From Candidatus Eiseniibacteriota bacterium (lineage in GTDB: Bacteria; Eisenbacteria; RBG-16-71-46; JABDJR01; JAWXBZ01), in the NCBI GenBank assembly GCA_034440375.1, contig JAWXBZ010000229.1, positions 1-28,762 of the forward strand: a stretch of 28,762 nt of DNA, written 5' to 3'. Shown here piece by piece: positions 26,947 through 28,762 of this stretch. A model generated the notes under the pieces. The model was not told where the DNA came from. It did no database searches and saw only the letters and a program-made list of their open reading frames with translations. Each line of letters starts with the position of its first letter. The first letter of the stretch is position 1. A program made the translations under genes and the position numbers.

Positions 26947-28143
26947 ATGATCCCGACGCACGGCGGGGGGGGGCGCTTTGTGAAGGCGCGCGGTTCCATC
27001 AAGGCGGCCCGGTTCACCGAGTCGGTCATCCGTGAGATGACCCGGCTGGCCAGCCAGCACGGCGCGATCAATCTGGCCCAGGGTTTTCCGGACTTTCCGG
27101 CGCCGGCCGCGCTCAAGGAAGCGGCGGTGCAAGCCATCCGCGATGACATGAACCAATACGCCATCACGTGGGGTGCCCGGGAGTGTCGGCAGGCCATCGC
27201 CCGAAAATTTGCCCGGTTCGGTGGCTTTATAGTCGACCCCGAACGGGAAATCACCGTTACCTGTGGTGCCACGGAAGCGATGATCGCAACCCTGCTGGCC
27301 GTCGTCGATCCGGGCGACGAAGTGATCATTTTCGAGCCGTTCTACGAGAATTACGGCCCCGACTCCATCCTTTCGGGCGCGGTGCCCCGTTTCGTTTCGC
27401 TCCGGGCCCCGGACTGGAGCTTTGATCCCGATGACCTGGCCCGGGCGTTCAACGCGCGCACACGAGCCATCATCATCAACACGCCGAACAATCCGACGGG
27501 CAAGGTTTTCAGCCGCGCGGAACTGGACATCATCGCCGGCCTGTGCCGTGAGCACGACGTTCTGGCGATCACCGACGAAATTTACGAACACATCCTGTAC
27601 GACGAGGCGGAACACGTCGTGCTGGCCACACTTCCCGGCATGCGGGAGTTGACCATCACGATCAACGCGCTCTCCAAAACCTACAGTGTGACCGGCTGGC
27701 GCGTCGGCTATATCATCGCGCCGGCTGATCTGACCGCGTCGATTCGGAAAACGCACGATTTTCTGACCGTCGGCGCGCCGGCCCCGCTCCAGGCGGCGGC
27801 GGCCACGGCCCTCGACTTTCCCGATTCCTACTACGAGGATCTTCGCCGCGGTTACGTCGAACGTCGCGACATCCTGCACAACGGGCTGCTGGCCGCCGGG
27901 CTCAAGGCCAACCGGCCGCAGGGGGCCTACTACATCATGGCCGATTTTTCCGATCTCGACTTCCGGGGAGACGACACCGCCTTCGCCCACCATCTCATCA
28001 CGGAAGTTGGCGTGGCGCCGGTGCCGGGATCCTCCTTCTTCAACAATCCAGTCGACGGCGCCACCATCATTCGCTTCTGTTTCCCCAAGCAGCACGCCAC
28101 CCTGATCGAGGCCGGCCAGCGCCTGGTGCGCGGATACCGGTGA
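26947..28143 (+). CDS. Class I/II PLP-dependent aminotransferase (methionine/kynurenine aminotransferase YbdL-like)
   Basis: AINLAQGFPDF, NQY, VTCGATEA, NTPNNPTG, DEIYEH, SKTYSVTGWRVG and RFCF.K motifs. Start ATG 26947 or GTG 26980. Confidence 0.9.
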   Translation: MIPTHGGGGRFVKARGSIKAARFTESVIREMTRLASQHGAINLAQGFPDFPAPAALKEAAVQAIRDDMNQYAITWGARECRQAIARKFARFGGFIVDPEREITVTCGATEAMIATLLAVVDPGDEVIIFEPFYENYGPDSILSGAVPRFVSLRAPDWSFDPDDLARAFNARTRAIIINTPNNPTGKVFSRAELDIIAGLCREHDVLAITDEIYEHILYDEAEHVVLATLPGMRELTITINALSKTYSVTGWRVGYIIAPADLTASIRKTHDFLTVGAPAPLQAAAATALDFPDSYYEDLRRGYVERRDILHNGLLAAGLKANRPQGAYYIMADFSDLDFRGDDTAFAHHLITEVGVAPVPGSSFFNNPVDGATIIRFCFPKQHATLIEAGQRLVRGYR

Positions 28144-28153
28144 CTCCTCACCG

Positions 28154-28762
28154 ATGATACGCGTCGAGTCGCTCAGCAAATCCTACGGCCCCAATCGCGC
28201 CATCGACCGCCTCACGTTTTCAGTGGCCCGAGGCGAGGTCCTCGGCTTCCTCGGGCCGAACGGGGCCGGCAAAACAACCACCATGCGCATCCTGACCGGC
28301 TTCATGCCGCCGGGTGAGGGAACGGTGCTGATCGATGGGCTCGACGCCGGGAGGGAATCGCTGGCCATCCGGCGGCGAATCGGCTATCTGCCGGAGAGCG
28401 TTCCGATTTATCGCGAGTCGAGCGTGACCGATTACCTGGGACTCGTGGCGGATGTGAAAGGGGTGCCCCGGCGCGGCCGACAGGACGCCATGTCACGGGT
28501 GTTGGAGCAATGTGGTCTGACCGGCGTCCGGCAACGCATCGTGGGGCGACTCTCCCGCGGCTACCGGCAGCGCGTCGGCCTGGCCCAGGCGTTGATCAAC
28601 GATCCGCCGGTGCTGATCCTCGACGAACCGACCGTCGGACTCGATCCGGCACAGGTGGTGGAGGTGCGCGATCTGATCCGAGGCCTGGCCGGATCGCGCA
28701 CGATCATCCTGTCGACCCACATCCTGCCGGAGGTCAGCCAGATCGCCAGTCGCATCCTGATC
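28154..28762 (+). CDS. ABC transporter ATP-binding protein (GldA/ABC-2 type), 3' truncated by window
   Basis: Not in the ORF track; translated by hand: MIRVESLSKSYG...GFLGPNGAGKTTTMRILTG...GYLPE...LSRGYRQRVGLAQAL..DP.VLILDEPT.GLDP...ILSTHILPEV. Confidence 0.92.
   Translation, partial: MIRVESLSKSYGPNRAIDRLTFSVARGEVLGFLGPNGAGKTTTMRILTGFMPPGEGTVLIDGLDAGRESLAIRRRIGYLPESVPIYRESSVTDYLGLVADVKGVPRRGRQDAMSRVLEQCGLTGVRQRIVGRLSRGYRQRVGLAQALINDPPVLILDEPTVGLDPAQVVEVRDLIRGLAGSRTIILSTHILPEVSQIASRILI

Overview
GC-rich, gene-dense bacterial DNA from a diderm organism (it encodes lipoproteins and an outer-membrane barrel); the exact taxon cannot be determined from this window. There are about 24 real CDSs, all on + except one Yip1 gene. 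In order: (1) the end of a surface-polysaccharide cluster (AlgD-like nucleotide-sugar dehydrogenase, a tandem GT4-GT4 fusion, manC), a SPOR lipoprotein and a galT-like/glgA pair; (2) a PrsK/PrsR-type (PEP-CTERM-associated) sigma-54 two-component system coupled to a YtnP-like MBL hydrolase; (3) Yip1 and a divergent YtcJ-like amidohydrolase; (4) an uncharacterised cell-envelope module behind a clear sigma-70 promoter and a structured leader of about 170 nt: an 8-stranded OM beta-barrel, a TPR lipoprotein, a SpoIVB/S55-like serine peptidase and a large secreted beta-propeller protein; (5) asd-dapB-dapL followed by a GNAT succinyltransferase/N-succinylamino-acid racemase pair, a single short-chain chromate transporter, an M48 peptidase, a PLP aminotransferase and a truncated ABC ATPase. 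The most interesting signal is module (4): in its S55 peptidase the Ser motif lies N-terminal to the His motif, the reverse of SpoIVB, suggesting a circularly permuted trypsin fold. I found no tRNA, rRNA, CRISPR array or mobile element.
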